A stretch of DNA of 63,867 nucleotides, counting the filler. It is 10 parts of 10 records of this genome, joined end to end, with 100 filler letters (N's around TTAATTAATTAA, not from the genome) between each part and the next. Parts side by side here need not be neighbours in the genome. Positions count along the whole stretch, not along the records: positions 39,115 to 44,905 come from SRR31147125_88061; positions 45,006 to 50,637 come from SRR31147125_88087; positions 50,738 to 55,934 come from SRR31147125_88283; 7 more parts are not named here. One strand, given 5' to 3'. Each line of letters starts with the position of its first letter. Position 1 is the first letter of the stretch. The position numbers and the translations under genes are program-made. This document shows, piece by piece, positions 41,161 through 50,863 of this stretch. A model generated the notes under the pieces. That model had not been told where the DNA came from and did no database searches. It saw only the letters and a list, made by a program, of their open reading frames with translations.

Positions 41161-42201
41161 TTAGAAGCCGTGTCCCAGCCGTTTCAAATGTTTTTTGGCA
41201 AGATCGATATACTGGGCGGAAAGGGGATCCTTGGTGAATTCCTCATCCCACATCTTAACGGCGGTCTGGGTCCATCTGGTCATGACATCTTCCGGGAACT
41301 GTATGAACTGGGCCCCCTTGGACTCCATTTTGGCGAGAACTTCCTGGTTCTCTTTTTTAAACAGGGCGACCACCTCATTGGCACATTTGGCCAGGGCTTT
41401 TTCAAATACCGCCTTAAGGTCGTCAGGCAGTTCATTCCAGCGCTCCTGGTTCATAATGACCTCACAGTTCTGGGCCCCGGAGATATAGGGTGTGGTCTGA
41501 TACTTGGCCACCTCATAGGTTTTGGCCAGAAAACTTTCGGTGTGGTTACCGGAAATTTCCGCATCAATGGTGCCCCTGGACAGGGCCACGTAGATCTCGG
41601 AAAAAGGAATGAATACCGTGGGAACGCCCATTTTCTGGAGGGTCTTGGCAATGGAGCCCGATGCACGGACCTTCATTTTTTTCAGGTCATCCCAGTTTTC
41701 GATGGGTTTTTTGGAAACAATGGTATACCCGTCCATGATCAGGGGAGCGCCGAAAAAAACATTTTTTGTGGCATAGGCATCCCTGAAGAATGCCATGACC
41801 TCATCCTGGTAGATAAAATCGATGATCTCATCCATGCCCCTGGGGTCGCCGGGCAGGGCAAAGGCTGTGGCGGCCACGGGCAGGATGCCGCCGTGGTAGC
41901 AGCTGCAGGTGGTGCCCATGTCTATGGAACCGAGGCTGACAGACTCAAAGATGCTGGGCCCCTTGACCAGGGCGCCGGAAGGCAGAACCTGGATAGCGAT
42001 CCGGCCATTGCTCTCCTTTTTCAACTCCCTGGCCATCTGGTTCACGGCCACAGAGATGGGGTGGTTCAAGGAGAACATATTCTGCATGGTAAATCTGTAG
42101 CTTTTTCCGGCATGGGCCCCTAAAGGCTGAATACCCAAGAGGATCAGTAACGACAGACTTAAAACAAAGACGAACCGCAGTGAAACAATACGTTTTATCA
42201 T
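41161..42201 (-). CDS. dctP: TRAP substrate-binding protein
   Basis: Signal peptide, SNGRIAI, KKPI...DDLK.MKVR (conserved carboxylate-binding Arg), EIYVALSRGTIDA. Confidence 0.9.
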   Translation of the reverse strand: MIKRIVSLRFVFVLSLSLLILLGIQPLGAHAGKSYRFTMQNMFSLNHPISVAVNQMARELKKESNGRIAIQVLPSGALVKGPSIFESVSLGSIDMGTTCSCYHGGILPVAATAFALPGDPRGMDEIIDFIYQDEVMAFFRDAYATKNVFFGAPLIMDGYTIVSKKPIENWDDLKKMKVRASGSIAKTLQKMGVPTVFIPFSEIYVALSRGTIDAEISGNHTESFLAKTYEVAKYQTTPYISGAQNCEVIMNQERWNELPDDLKAVFEKALAKCANEVVALFKKENQEVLAKMESKGAQFIQFPEDVMTRWTQTAVKMWDEEFTKDPLSAQYIDLAKKHLKRLGHGF

Positions 42202-42361
42202 GGTTTTGTGTTCTCCCAATAATTAGTGGTTAGGAATTGATGTCGCTTTTGCCGTATATCTTTATGTATTCACAGATCCACAGACGCCTTGCAGTGCTCT
42301 CCTCCTTTCCCGGCTGGAATTTTCGGGTTAGTTTTATATATATGCAACAAACGCTAATAAA

Positions 42362-42377
42362 TGCAAATGGCATGCCA
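42362..42377 (-). promoter_or_regulatory. Sigma-54 promoter for the dctPQM / CoA-transferase operon
   Basis: Minus strand TGGCATGCCATTTGCA, exact GG-N10-GC spacing. Confidence 0.8.
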
Positions 42378-42475
42378 TTTCCATCCTACCCCTGTCCCTC
42401 CCTGGTAATCCTGAACCCGCCCAAAGATGAACAGGAAATACCCCCATGGACATCCGGTGGGCAGATGGCAATTAA

Positions 42476-42603
42476 TGCAAAACAGCATAGTGCCCCACAG
42501 GAGGCCGCCCAGGAAAAACCGCTGTCATTCCGGCGGGTTAAACAGGCAAAACATATCTATCATAAGGATAAATGCAGACCTGCATATTCATGCAATTTTG
42601 CAT
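42476..42603. promoter_or_regulatory. Candidate enhancer-binding-protein UAS boxes
   Basis: ATGCAAAACAGCAT (42476-42489) and ATGCAATTTTGCAT (42590-42603) between two divergent sigma-54 promoters. Confidence 0.55.
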
Positions 42604-42714
42604 TGAATCGATGCGGGACAGACAGTGATACCAAAAAGGCTGCAGGAAAACATGGCCCTGCCTTGCCCTGTATTATAAAGGGTTGCGGACAAAATGGGCC
42701 AGGTCCCGGGAGAA

Positions 42715-42730
42715 TGGCACAGGCTTTGCT
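42715..42730 (+). promoter_or_regulatory. Sigma-54 promoter for the gabT-AOR operon
   Basis: TGGCACAGGCTTTGCT, near-consensus -24/-12 element. Confidence 0.85.
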
Positions 42731-42868
42731 ATGCTCTATAATACGTATCTTTATGAATTCAAAATCTGCAGACCCCCCTACGACCTATCCAGGTCATTGC
42801 CAACGAACCCTTAAACGACAGGGCACCTCTAATATTGAGATGGCCTGCATTCAATGGAGAAGAGCGCT

Positions 42869-44170
42869 ATGGTTTCATCCGAAAATCTCAGACAGATGCG
42901 TCAGACCCACGTGGCCCAAGGCCCGGCCAATATTACCCAGGCAATCATCCAGAAGGCGGCCGGTGCAATTATGATTGATGTGGAAGGCAAAGAACTCATT
43001 GATTTTGCCGGCGGGATCGGCGTCAACAACGTAGGACATGCCCATCCCAAGGTGGTCCAGGCCATTAAGGACCAGGCAGACCGGTTTGTCCATACCTGCT
43101 TTCACGTAAGTATGTACGATTCATATATCGAGCTTGCAGCCCGGCTCAACGAACTGGCACCGGGAGACTTTGCCAAAAAGACCATGTTTGCCAATTCCGG
43201 GGCGGAAGCCGTGGAAAATGCCGTAAAAGTGGCCAGGTACGCCACCAAACGCCCGGCAATCATCGCCTTTGAAAACGGATTTCACGGCCGGACCCTGCTG
43301 ACCATGTCCCTGACCAGCAAGATCAAGCCATATAAACTGGGGTTCGGCCCCTTTGCCCCGGAAACCTACAGAATCCCCTATCCCTACTGCTACCGCTGTC
43401 CTTTTGGTGCCAAACACCCGGACTGCGGCATTGCCTGCGCCGACTACCTGGAATCCTTTTTCATTTCCTATGTGGACCCCGAATCCACGGCAGCCGTCAT
43501 TGCAGAGCCCATCCAGGGGGAAGGCGGGTTCGTCACCCCGCCGGCGGAATACTTTCCCAAGCTGGCAGAAATCTGTAAGAAATACGGCATCCTCCTCATC
43601 ATTGACGAGGTCCAGTCCGGGGCCGGCCGGACCGGCAAATTCCTGGCCATAGAACATTGGGGCATTGAGCCTGACATCATCACCCAGGCCAAGAGCCTGG
43701 CCGGCGGCATGCCCCTGAGCGCGGTCACGGGCCGGGCGGAACTGATGGACGCCCCCCATGTGGGCGGCCTGGGCGGCACCTACAGCGGCAATCCCGTCTC
43801 CTGCCAGGCCGCACTGGCCGTGCTGGAAATCCTGTTTGAGGACAAACTCCTGGACCGCTCACGACAGCTGGGAAAAATCCTTAAACAACGCTTTGAAGAA
43901 CTCCGGGAAAAATACGAGATCATCGGTGATGTCCGGGGCAAGGGCCCCATGCTGGCCCTGGAACTGGTCAATGACCGGGAAACCAAGGAGCCGGCCACCG
44001 AAGCTGCAGGCAAACTGACCCAGCTATGCTATGAAAAAGGGCTGGTCCTGCTCTCCTGCGGCAACTACGGCAATGTGATCCGGACCCTGATGCCCCTTGT
44101 GATCACGGACGCGCAGCTGGATCGCGGGCTTTCCATCCTGGAAGAAAGCCTGGCCGAACTGAATGCCTAA
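42869..44170 (+). CDS. gabT: 4-aminobutyrate/5-aminovalerate aminotransferase (class III PLP)
   Basis: IDFAGGIGV.N.GH, NSGAEAVENAVK, FHGRT, EPIQGEGGF, DEVQSG, AKSLAGG, GGLGGTYSGNP. Confidence 0.92.
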   Translation: MVSSENLRQMRQTHVAQGPANITQAIIQKAAGAIMIDVEGKELIDFAGGIGVNNVGHAHPKVVQAIKDQADRFVHTCFHVSMYDSYIELAARLNELAPGDFAKKTMFANSGAEAVENAVKVARYATKRPAIIAFENGFHGRTLLTMSLTSKIKPYKLGFGPFAPETYRIPYPYCYRCPFGAKHPDCGIACADYLESFFISYVDPESTAAVIAEPIQGEGGFVTPPAEYFPKLAEICKKYGILLIIDEVQSGAGRTGKFLAIEHWGIEPDIITQAKSLAGGMPLSAVTGRAELMDAPHVGGLGGTYSGNPVSCQAALAVLEILFEDKLLDRSRQLGKILKQRFEELREKYEIIGDVRGKGPMLALELVNDRETKEPATEAAGKLTQLCYEKGLVLLSCGNYGNVIRTLMPLVITDAQLDRGLSILEESLAELNA

Positions 44171-44237
44171 CCCCCCCGATGCCCGGCGCCATGGGGAGCC
44201 GGGCATATCAACTTACGCCCCGGTTCAAGGAACATCT

Positions 44238-44905
44238 ATGAAAGGATTTTTTCACCGCCTGGCCCTCATTGATCTGACCCTTCAAAAGGTGGACGTTGTA
44301 CCGATCGACCCTGCCCTTGCCCTGGCATATCTGGGGGGCAAGGGCCTGGGAACCCATCTGCTTCTGGAACATACCCCTGCCCAGGCCGACCCCTTGTCGC
44401 CGGAAAATTGCATGATCATCGGCACAGGCCCTGTCACGGACAGCCGGATACGGGGAAGCTGCAGGTTTGGGCTCTTTTCCAAATCCCCCTGACCGGATCT
44501 TACGCCGAATCCTATTCCGGGGGGAAGGTGGCCATTGCCATCAGCCGCACCGGATATGATTTCATCCTGCTCAAGGGGGCGTCGACCGGGCCGGTATGGC
44601 TGGAGATCTCTGACCGGGACATCATTTTCCACGATGCCCGGGCCCTATGGGGCAGGGATACCCACGAGACCGAGGAGACGGTCAGGGCAAGGTGCGGGCA
44701 GAAGGGCTGCGGCGCTCTTGTCATCGGGCCGGCCGGCGAGAATCTGGTAAGGTTTGCCGTGGTCGGGCACACCCATTGGCGGACTCCCGGGCAGACCGGC
44801 ATGGGCGCGGTCATGGGGGCCAAAAGGATCAAGGCCCTGGTCTTCCACGGAGAAACCCGACAAAGGTTCCATGCCCCCGAAGCCATGGCCGCCTATGCAA
44901 AAAAA
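44238..44905 (+). CDS. Aldehyde:ferredoxin oxidoreductase (W/Mo AOR family), N-terminal part; frameshift near 44487
   Basis: YLGGKGLG, DPLSPEN, KSP(L)TG.YAESYSGG, IGPAGENLV, GMGAVMGAK.IKA. Confidence 0.88.
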
Positions 44906-45005
44906 NNNNNNNNNNNNNNNNNNNNNNNNNNNNNNNNNNNNNNNNNNNNTTAATTAATTAANNNNNNNNNNNNNNNNNNNNNNNNNNNNNNNNNNNNNNN
45001 NNNNN

Positions 45006-45071
45006 CACACACACACACACACACACATGTACACATGTACACATGTACACATGCACCACACCCACACACAC
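45006..45071. repeat. (CA)n microsatellite with CACATGTA tandem copies
   Basis: Directly visible at the contig start. Confidence 0.9.
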
Positions 45072-45455
45072 CTTCAGAATCGTAAGAGACAGAACAGAAA
45101 AACGAGGTTGTTAGAAAGCGATCCCGCCCACCTTCTCCGTACGAGAGGGCCGGGAGGTAGAAGTGGACCACAAACTTGAGGGGCGGCGTCGTTGTTCGTT
45201 GATCGATCGACCGCACCATCGACGATCGCACCATCGATCGCACCTCTTGCGCGTTCATCGACGTGCGTCGTGGGGTGGAAAGCAATCAAGTACTGAAAGT
45301 TTCAAAGAAACAGCGACCGTTGCAACTTGTTCGTTTCACTTTTTCACGCGTTCATTCGCTCGCGCGCCGCTCCCCCTTTTGCGCCCACCTGCTTGCGGAA
45401 TCACCTACTCGTCTTGATTGTTGGCTCCTGAAGTGCAAGCGAGTGCCCTTCCACC

Positions 45456-48164
45456 ATGCCACTTAAGAAGAGTGAAGCTGCTGCGTTGTCTCCGGATGAC
45501 GACCTCGAGGAATTGCAGAAGAAATTTCACCTTCTCGGTACGGGCGAAGTGCGACGGGAGCGTCGCCGCCACTTGTCTTCATTGGATGTAACGTTGCCAA
45601 CGGTCGGCCCGTACCAGAGGGAGACCGTAAGGCATACTACGAGACGTCACAATGCACGATTCGTGAGAATAAGGATATCTTAGCTTCCGTGAAGGCTCAG
45701 AATCAACAACTCCAACAAGCCCTTGCCTCCATCAAACAGGAAACAGCTACACGTGGGCAGAGTCATGCTGTCCATATCCAAAAGCTCGAAGGACACGTAT
45801 TCGACCTTCGAAAGAGGCTCGACGAAACCCGTAACATCCGACGAGTACGTTCTCTTTGCTTGAATCGACGAATGACCGCTTCCCCCTTTCTCATCCCTCC
45901 CTGTCCCTGTCTCTGTCCCTGTCTCCCTCCGTAGAATCATAAGTCCGAATTCGAGAAACTGGAGGGCACCCTTCGACTGCTCGAAAAGCAACAGATCACT
46001 CCAGCCCTTGACAACTCTCCCCAAGCCAAGGTAGCCACGTCTGTTTTTGGCAATGGATGACGAATGGGGTGCAGTATCTTCGATCGCTTGAGAATCGTTT
46101 TGACAAGGCAACAATCAAGTTCAACGAAGTGCGCCTGTCCCTCTGTGATCCTTCCTTCCTTCACACATGAAATCTCCTAGGCACAAAGCATTCGAAAGAC
46201 CTATGTGCAAATCGTGAAGCGTTTACGAGAGGAACGTGTGACGTATGTGTATCCTCTACTGCGGGCTTTTCGGTGTTCACGGCCTCCCTAGATATGATAA
46301 TCGAATTCGTGCCATCGAACGCACTCTGGAGGCGAAGAACAGGGACTTCGAGGTGCGACGAAATTCTCGCCGGTGTTGTTGCTAATACGGGCATCAGGAA
46401 TTGCAATCGATGTCCTCATCCGCTCGTCAGGCGAACGAACAAGCCAAAGTATGTCGTGACGGTGTTATGTGCCCACTTACGTTGCTTGACATGTTCCAGA
46501 CGGAGTGGCAGCGTCTGGATGCGGCCTTTTCACGTGAACGCGAGTTGAGGGAACGAGAACTCACAGAAAGGAGGCACCAGGTTAGGGTTATGGATGGGAA
46601 TGCATTCTTTCTTATGTTTTTTTCAGGTTCTTGCCAGAGAAAGGGCTCGCACAACCCATACGGTGGTAGGTTTCATGGTTGTGTGTGAACGTTGGTGTCT
46701 GATGGGACACTATGACATACAAGGAACGAGAAATGGAAGGGGGAGAAGAGAGCGGAACCACCGATCGTCGGGCCCTCAAGAGTGCTACCTCAGAACGAAG
46801 TGGTGCGAAAGGATCCTTCCCGTCTGTGCAGCGTCTGCTGACAAGTGCTCGTAAGGACCCGTACCCAATAAGTCGACCATTGAAGAGGAGGAACGCAAGA
46901 TAACAACATATGAAGAGGCATTCCGCAAGATCAAGGTTTGAAATGGAATGGAGAACGGACACACGGGGTATATGTAACATGAGATACGACAGGACGCAAC
47001 GGGTGTGAGTGATGTGAACGAGGTGATCGAGAAGTTCCTTACCCAGGAGAACACGTGCGTGATAGGGGAGGAATGAACGTTATATGACTTCTTATGCAGT
47101 CGATCCAACTTGACTACGATGCTGGATGAGGTCTCCGCACAACTGGATGACGTGAACGAAGAGAAGGTATGAGGGTGGGGGTTGTTGCTCTTGTTCGTTC
47201 CCACCGTTTTCTTTCAGGCGCAAGTCACAACAGAAATCGAGAATGTCAAGTTCGCCGGAGTTGGGGGTGGTGGATCCCGCCGTATTATTGACGAGCTGGA
47301 GGTGAGTTAGGGTTGTCAGTTTCCTTCCCTCGAGAAGAATAGGACTAACCCTGTACAGGCAAAACTGACAGAAGTTTGTGCAAAGACGGAACGTGCCCGG
47401 CAGAAACATGAGCGTTTGTCGAAAATTCTGACCAATGTGAAGGTGCGTCCACTCTATAGGGAGAACCCGGTGTGTGGTTCTGACTTTGTTTGGTTGTTGG
47501 TGAGTAGGCGGGCATCCAACACCTTGCGGATAGATTGGATTCGGTGAAACTCAATGGAACCGAAACAACACTGGGAAAGGTGACCGACCATACAGTCGTC
47601 AATGTGCGGGACAGACAGACGGCGGGTTAGGGCTTCGTAGTGTGGTGAGACCCTTTTCAGATCCTGCACGACTGTGAGCAGCGATTGGGGCGCTGCCTGA
47701 GTGCCATGGGTGAAGAAACGAAATTCAGCGCGCGATCCCAGTCAAAGAAGGTGTGTGGGGGAGTAACAGGACAGGACAGGACAAACAGACAAACACACGT
47801 GGACTATAGGATTTGGGACACGATAAGATTCCCAATAACGTGCGAATTGATCTGAAAGAGAACGCCGATGATCTCTTGTATGGTGCGTGACACCCCCTCG
47901 CCTCGTCCTTCCTCCTCACCCCACCTTGTTAGTGGATACCGACGCAGTTGGTATCGTCGAAGAGGGTGAGGAAGTCGTCCTCGACCGTGATACCCTGAAG
48001 CGACAGGTGGGTGCCGTCCACCGATTCACATGTCGGCTGCTGCTGACATGGAATCTCAGGCAATGGCAATCATGGACAAGGCGAATCGCAAGACCACAAA
48101 GAAGAAGCTACGTCGGGGAAAGCACATGCACACCGTCACACGCACACCTCACTACGCCTCTTGA
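45456..48164 (+). CDS. Eukaryotic outer dynein arm docking complex subunit, CCDC151/ODAD3-like; 20 exons, 19 GT-AG introns
   Basis: Manual splicing (introns approx. 45538-45617, 45845-45934, 46031-46074, 46129-46180, 46243-46291, 46353-46397, 46449-46499, 46581-46626, 46666-46723, 46803-46855, 46936-46992, 47055-47099, 47167-47217, 47302-47358, 47443-47507, 47604-47660, 47751-47809, 47883-47932, 48007-48059) gives one frame with LQKKFHLLEGDRKAYYETSQ, LENRFDKATIKFNEAQSIRKTY, YEEAFRKIKDATGVSDVNEVIEKFLTQE. Confidence 0.85.
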
Positions 48165-48180
48165 TTGTTGTACATGAATC

Positions 48181-50637
48181 TCATATACCAAACGCAACGA
48201 AACCGCTCCACAATTGGGGATGCAGTCGTGTCTCATGTAGAATCTCACGAATTGACTGTGACAAAGCACGAGCAGCCGAGTTCTGGTTGTCGTAGATGGC
48301 ACCCATCAATCGGCCCGTTACCTCCACGTCGCTCGCCCACAGCGATAGGAGGACACTTCGCGCACCCGCACACAACAAGATACGTGCGATTCCTTCCACA
48401 CCCCGGCCGGACAGAATACTGGTTCCGATTGCACAATGTCCCAGGACGACCTCAACACAAGAGGGAAAGTGATGTGTAAGCTCGGCTATGCTCACGCGTG
48501 TATCACCCCCCAAGGGGATATATGATGCGGGAGGATCGCATTCATCGATCCGCACGTGTGCAGCCACATGGAGCGTACAACAACCATCCGATAGCGCCGT
48601 CAGAAGCCCTTCTCGGGTCAGCTCATCCCCCAAGAGCAGACGATGATTGTCTCCAAAGTGCGTCGCCACTCGAAGGGCCTCCTCCTCAATGCCGCTGAGG
48701 GAGGGCATCCCCACAACAGGAAGCGGATTGCACACAACCAAACCGGCGGACGAACGGGTCCCACGCCGTTTGTGGACCATGTCAAGGCAACACACAGAAG
48801 GCATCACAGTAATTGTGTGACGCTCAATCAAGAAGCGGCCGTGTTCATCACACAAGGCAGAAAACGGAACCAAGAAGAGAGGACCCTCAGGTACAAATGT
48901 CACAAGATCCTCCACCTCGTGTGGCAAATACTCCAGAATAGGTTCGATCAGGAGCGCGTGGAGCTTGCGCAGACCCTCACACCAGGGCACCCCGTCGGTG
49001 GGTGCATCCGCGCAAGCATCACACATCAAGTCGAGCGGGGCCATCCGCCGCGTGTCCAGTGTGGAACGCTCCCTTCCCACCTTCTGCACACCCAGACCTC
49101 CGCAGCGAAGAGCAGCAACAAACTCGCCCACAGATCGTGTATCAAGATAAGTACGAGTGGCCCGACGCCGGAACAGACACACACCATCACTGCTACGAAT
49201 TACCCATATGTACACGCTTTCTTCATAGGAGGTTGATTGGGAGAAGCCACTCCCTTGGGGTGGGGGATTGTAGGCGAGCGCATACACAACAAATGTTCTT
49301 GCGTGGTCGCGTGCAATTCGTTGCAACCATTCGATACGCGGAGGTGCTTGTCTTGTGGTGTCCCCCGAACATGCATGCCAGCGAACTCGTTCAATCACTT
49401 CCAATGCCCCATCAACATTCCCCCGTGCCACTTGTACCATCATAAGTGCACGATAAGCAGTGGATTCGGGTCGTTCCCGGATAACCTCCTGGATGTCATT
49501 GTGAAAATCGGGGTGAAGGCCCCGAACACCATCAACATTTTGCCATCCACGCCCCCCACGTCCGCACAGCCCGGCGTGTGCCTTTTTTTGTTCCATAGAT
49601 CCGGATTCCAATGATTCTATGGCTGTCCAAAGTGTTGTCTCAGCGCGTTCCGGACTCTCACACAACGCAAACAGGACATAGCCAAGCTGCCAGAGCGCAA
49701 GGCCATGAAAGAGTCGCTGTGGTTCTGAGAGAGGGAACAGGCCCACGGACTCGACACGAAGCGCAGCAGCCTCCTCGAGGCAGGCAAGAGCTGGTTGCAA
49801 CTTTCCTCCTTTGAGCAGTTGTGCGCTGAGCTTCAGAAGCTCAAGGCCAACTTCCCAGTGGCTGTTATCTTCACGTGCCAGAGCAAGCGACCTTTCCCTC
49901 ACGTGAAGTGCCTCTTGCTCGTTCCCACAGGCTTGCAGCACCCCAACCTCCCATCCTAGTGCCTCCCGCAGAAGGGCACGATCGTCCAAACGAAGGGCTG
50001 CATCTGCGGCTTCCTTGCACACCGAACGCGCCTCATTGTACATACCTTGTGTAGTGAATTCAGACACAACCGTTTCGAACAGTCGACGAAACTCTGTATC
50101 GGCCGTCATGAAGTTGTGAATGGCCTCATCCTCTAGGAACGCTTCTCTTGGCCGGGAGAGCATCCGTGGCAAAGCGAACTTCTCGTGGTGGATTAGAGCA
50201 CGTTCACGAAGGTGTGCCACGTGCTGCCACGTGCTATGCCCTCGTTTCCTCAACTCTTCGTGAACATTGGCCAGTCCCGTGGAGGCACGACACATATACT
50301 CCACGTCACCAGACGCCTTTGCCATGTCCAGGGCCCGTGCAAAATGGTCACTGGCCCCGGCAAACTCCCTTCTCTGAAGCGAACAGGTACCAAGAAGCCC
50401 AAGGATCTGGACTTCTTTCCTTGTCAGCGGAAGAGGAGAACTCTCTGGTCCTCGCAACTGTCTTACAAGTTCAAGCGCATCCTGGAAGGCTTCAATGGCA
50501 CCTAGCAGCTCCCCGCGCTCCTTGTGGATAAGGCCACCATTGAAACGGCATATCAATGAGTTGGTCAAGGCACGATTCACACCCTCTGCATCACGAACAG
50601 CATGCGCCAGAAGAAGTTGTTCCCGACAACACGCTGC
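48181..50637 (-). CDS. TPR + CHAT (caspase-like) domain protein, TTC28-like (5' partial)
   Basis: TPR helices, LHALLIEPI, FVPEGPLFLVPFSAL, LHVAAH, VVLGHC, AGARSVLLSLW, HPQLWSGF; more than 800 codons without a stop. Confidence 0.85.
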   Translation of the reverse strand, partial: AACCREQLLLAHAVRDAEGVNRALTNSLICRFNGGLIHKERGELLGAIEAFQDALELVRQLRGPESSPLPLTRKEVQILGLLGTCSLQRREFAGASDHFARALDMAKASGDVEYMCRASTGLANVHEELRKRGHSTWQHVAHLRERALIHHEKFALPRMLSRPREAFLEDEAIHNFMTADTEFRRLFETVVSEFTTQGMYNEARSVCKEAADAALRLDDRALLREALGWEVGVLQACGNEQEALHVRERSLALAREDNSHWEVGLELLKLSAQLLKGGKLQPALACLEEAAALRVESVGLFPLSEPQRLFHGLALWQLGYVLFALCESPERAETTLWTAIESLESGSMEQKKAHAGLCGRGGRGWQNVDGVRGLHPDFHNDIQEVIRERPESTAYRALMMVQVARGNVDGALEVIERVRWHACSGDTTRQAPPRIEWLQRIARDHARTFVVYALAYNPPPQGSGFSQSTSYEESVYIWVIRSSDGVCLFRRRATRTYLDTRSVGEFVAALRCGGLGVQKVGRERSTLDTRRMAPLDLMCDACADAPTDGVPWCEGLRKLHALLIEPILEYLPHEVEDLVTFVPEGPLFLVPFSALCDEHGRFLIERHTITVMPSVCCLDMVHKRRGTRSSAGLVVCNPLPVVGMPSLSGIEEEALRVATHFGDNHRLLLGDELTREGLLTALSDGCCTLHVAAHVRIDECDPPASYIPLGGDTRVSIAELTHHFPSCVEVVLGHCAIGTSILSGRGVEGIARILLCAGARSVLLSLWASDVEVTGRLMGAIYDNQNSAARALSQSIREILHETRLHPQLWSGFVAFGI

Positions 50638-50863
50638 NNNNNNNNNNNNNNNNNNNNNNNNNNNNNNNNNNNNNNNNNNNNTTAATTAATTAANNNNNNN
50701 NNNNNNNNNNNNNNNNNNNNNNNNNNNNNNNNNNNNNCCCGGGATGACACATTTTCATATATAATGTGAGTTGTACACTATTCTACAGGCTGGAAAATGA
50801 TCCGTATATTACTTTTATTTTTTCCGTATCCCTGTAAGGTTTGATGCAGGAGAAGAAAGACAA

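Noticed and set aside
40834-42123. 429-aa plus-strand ORF (likewise 51880..52920 on the minus strand)
   Set aside because: Antisense shadows of dctP/dctQ and the EEP gene in GC-rich DNA.
42237-42974. 245-aa ORF in the dctP-gabT intergenic region
   Set aside because: Spans two sigma-54 promoters and the UAS boxes, has atypical composition and a TTG start without a clear RBS.
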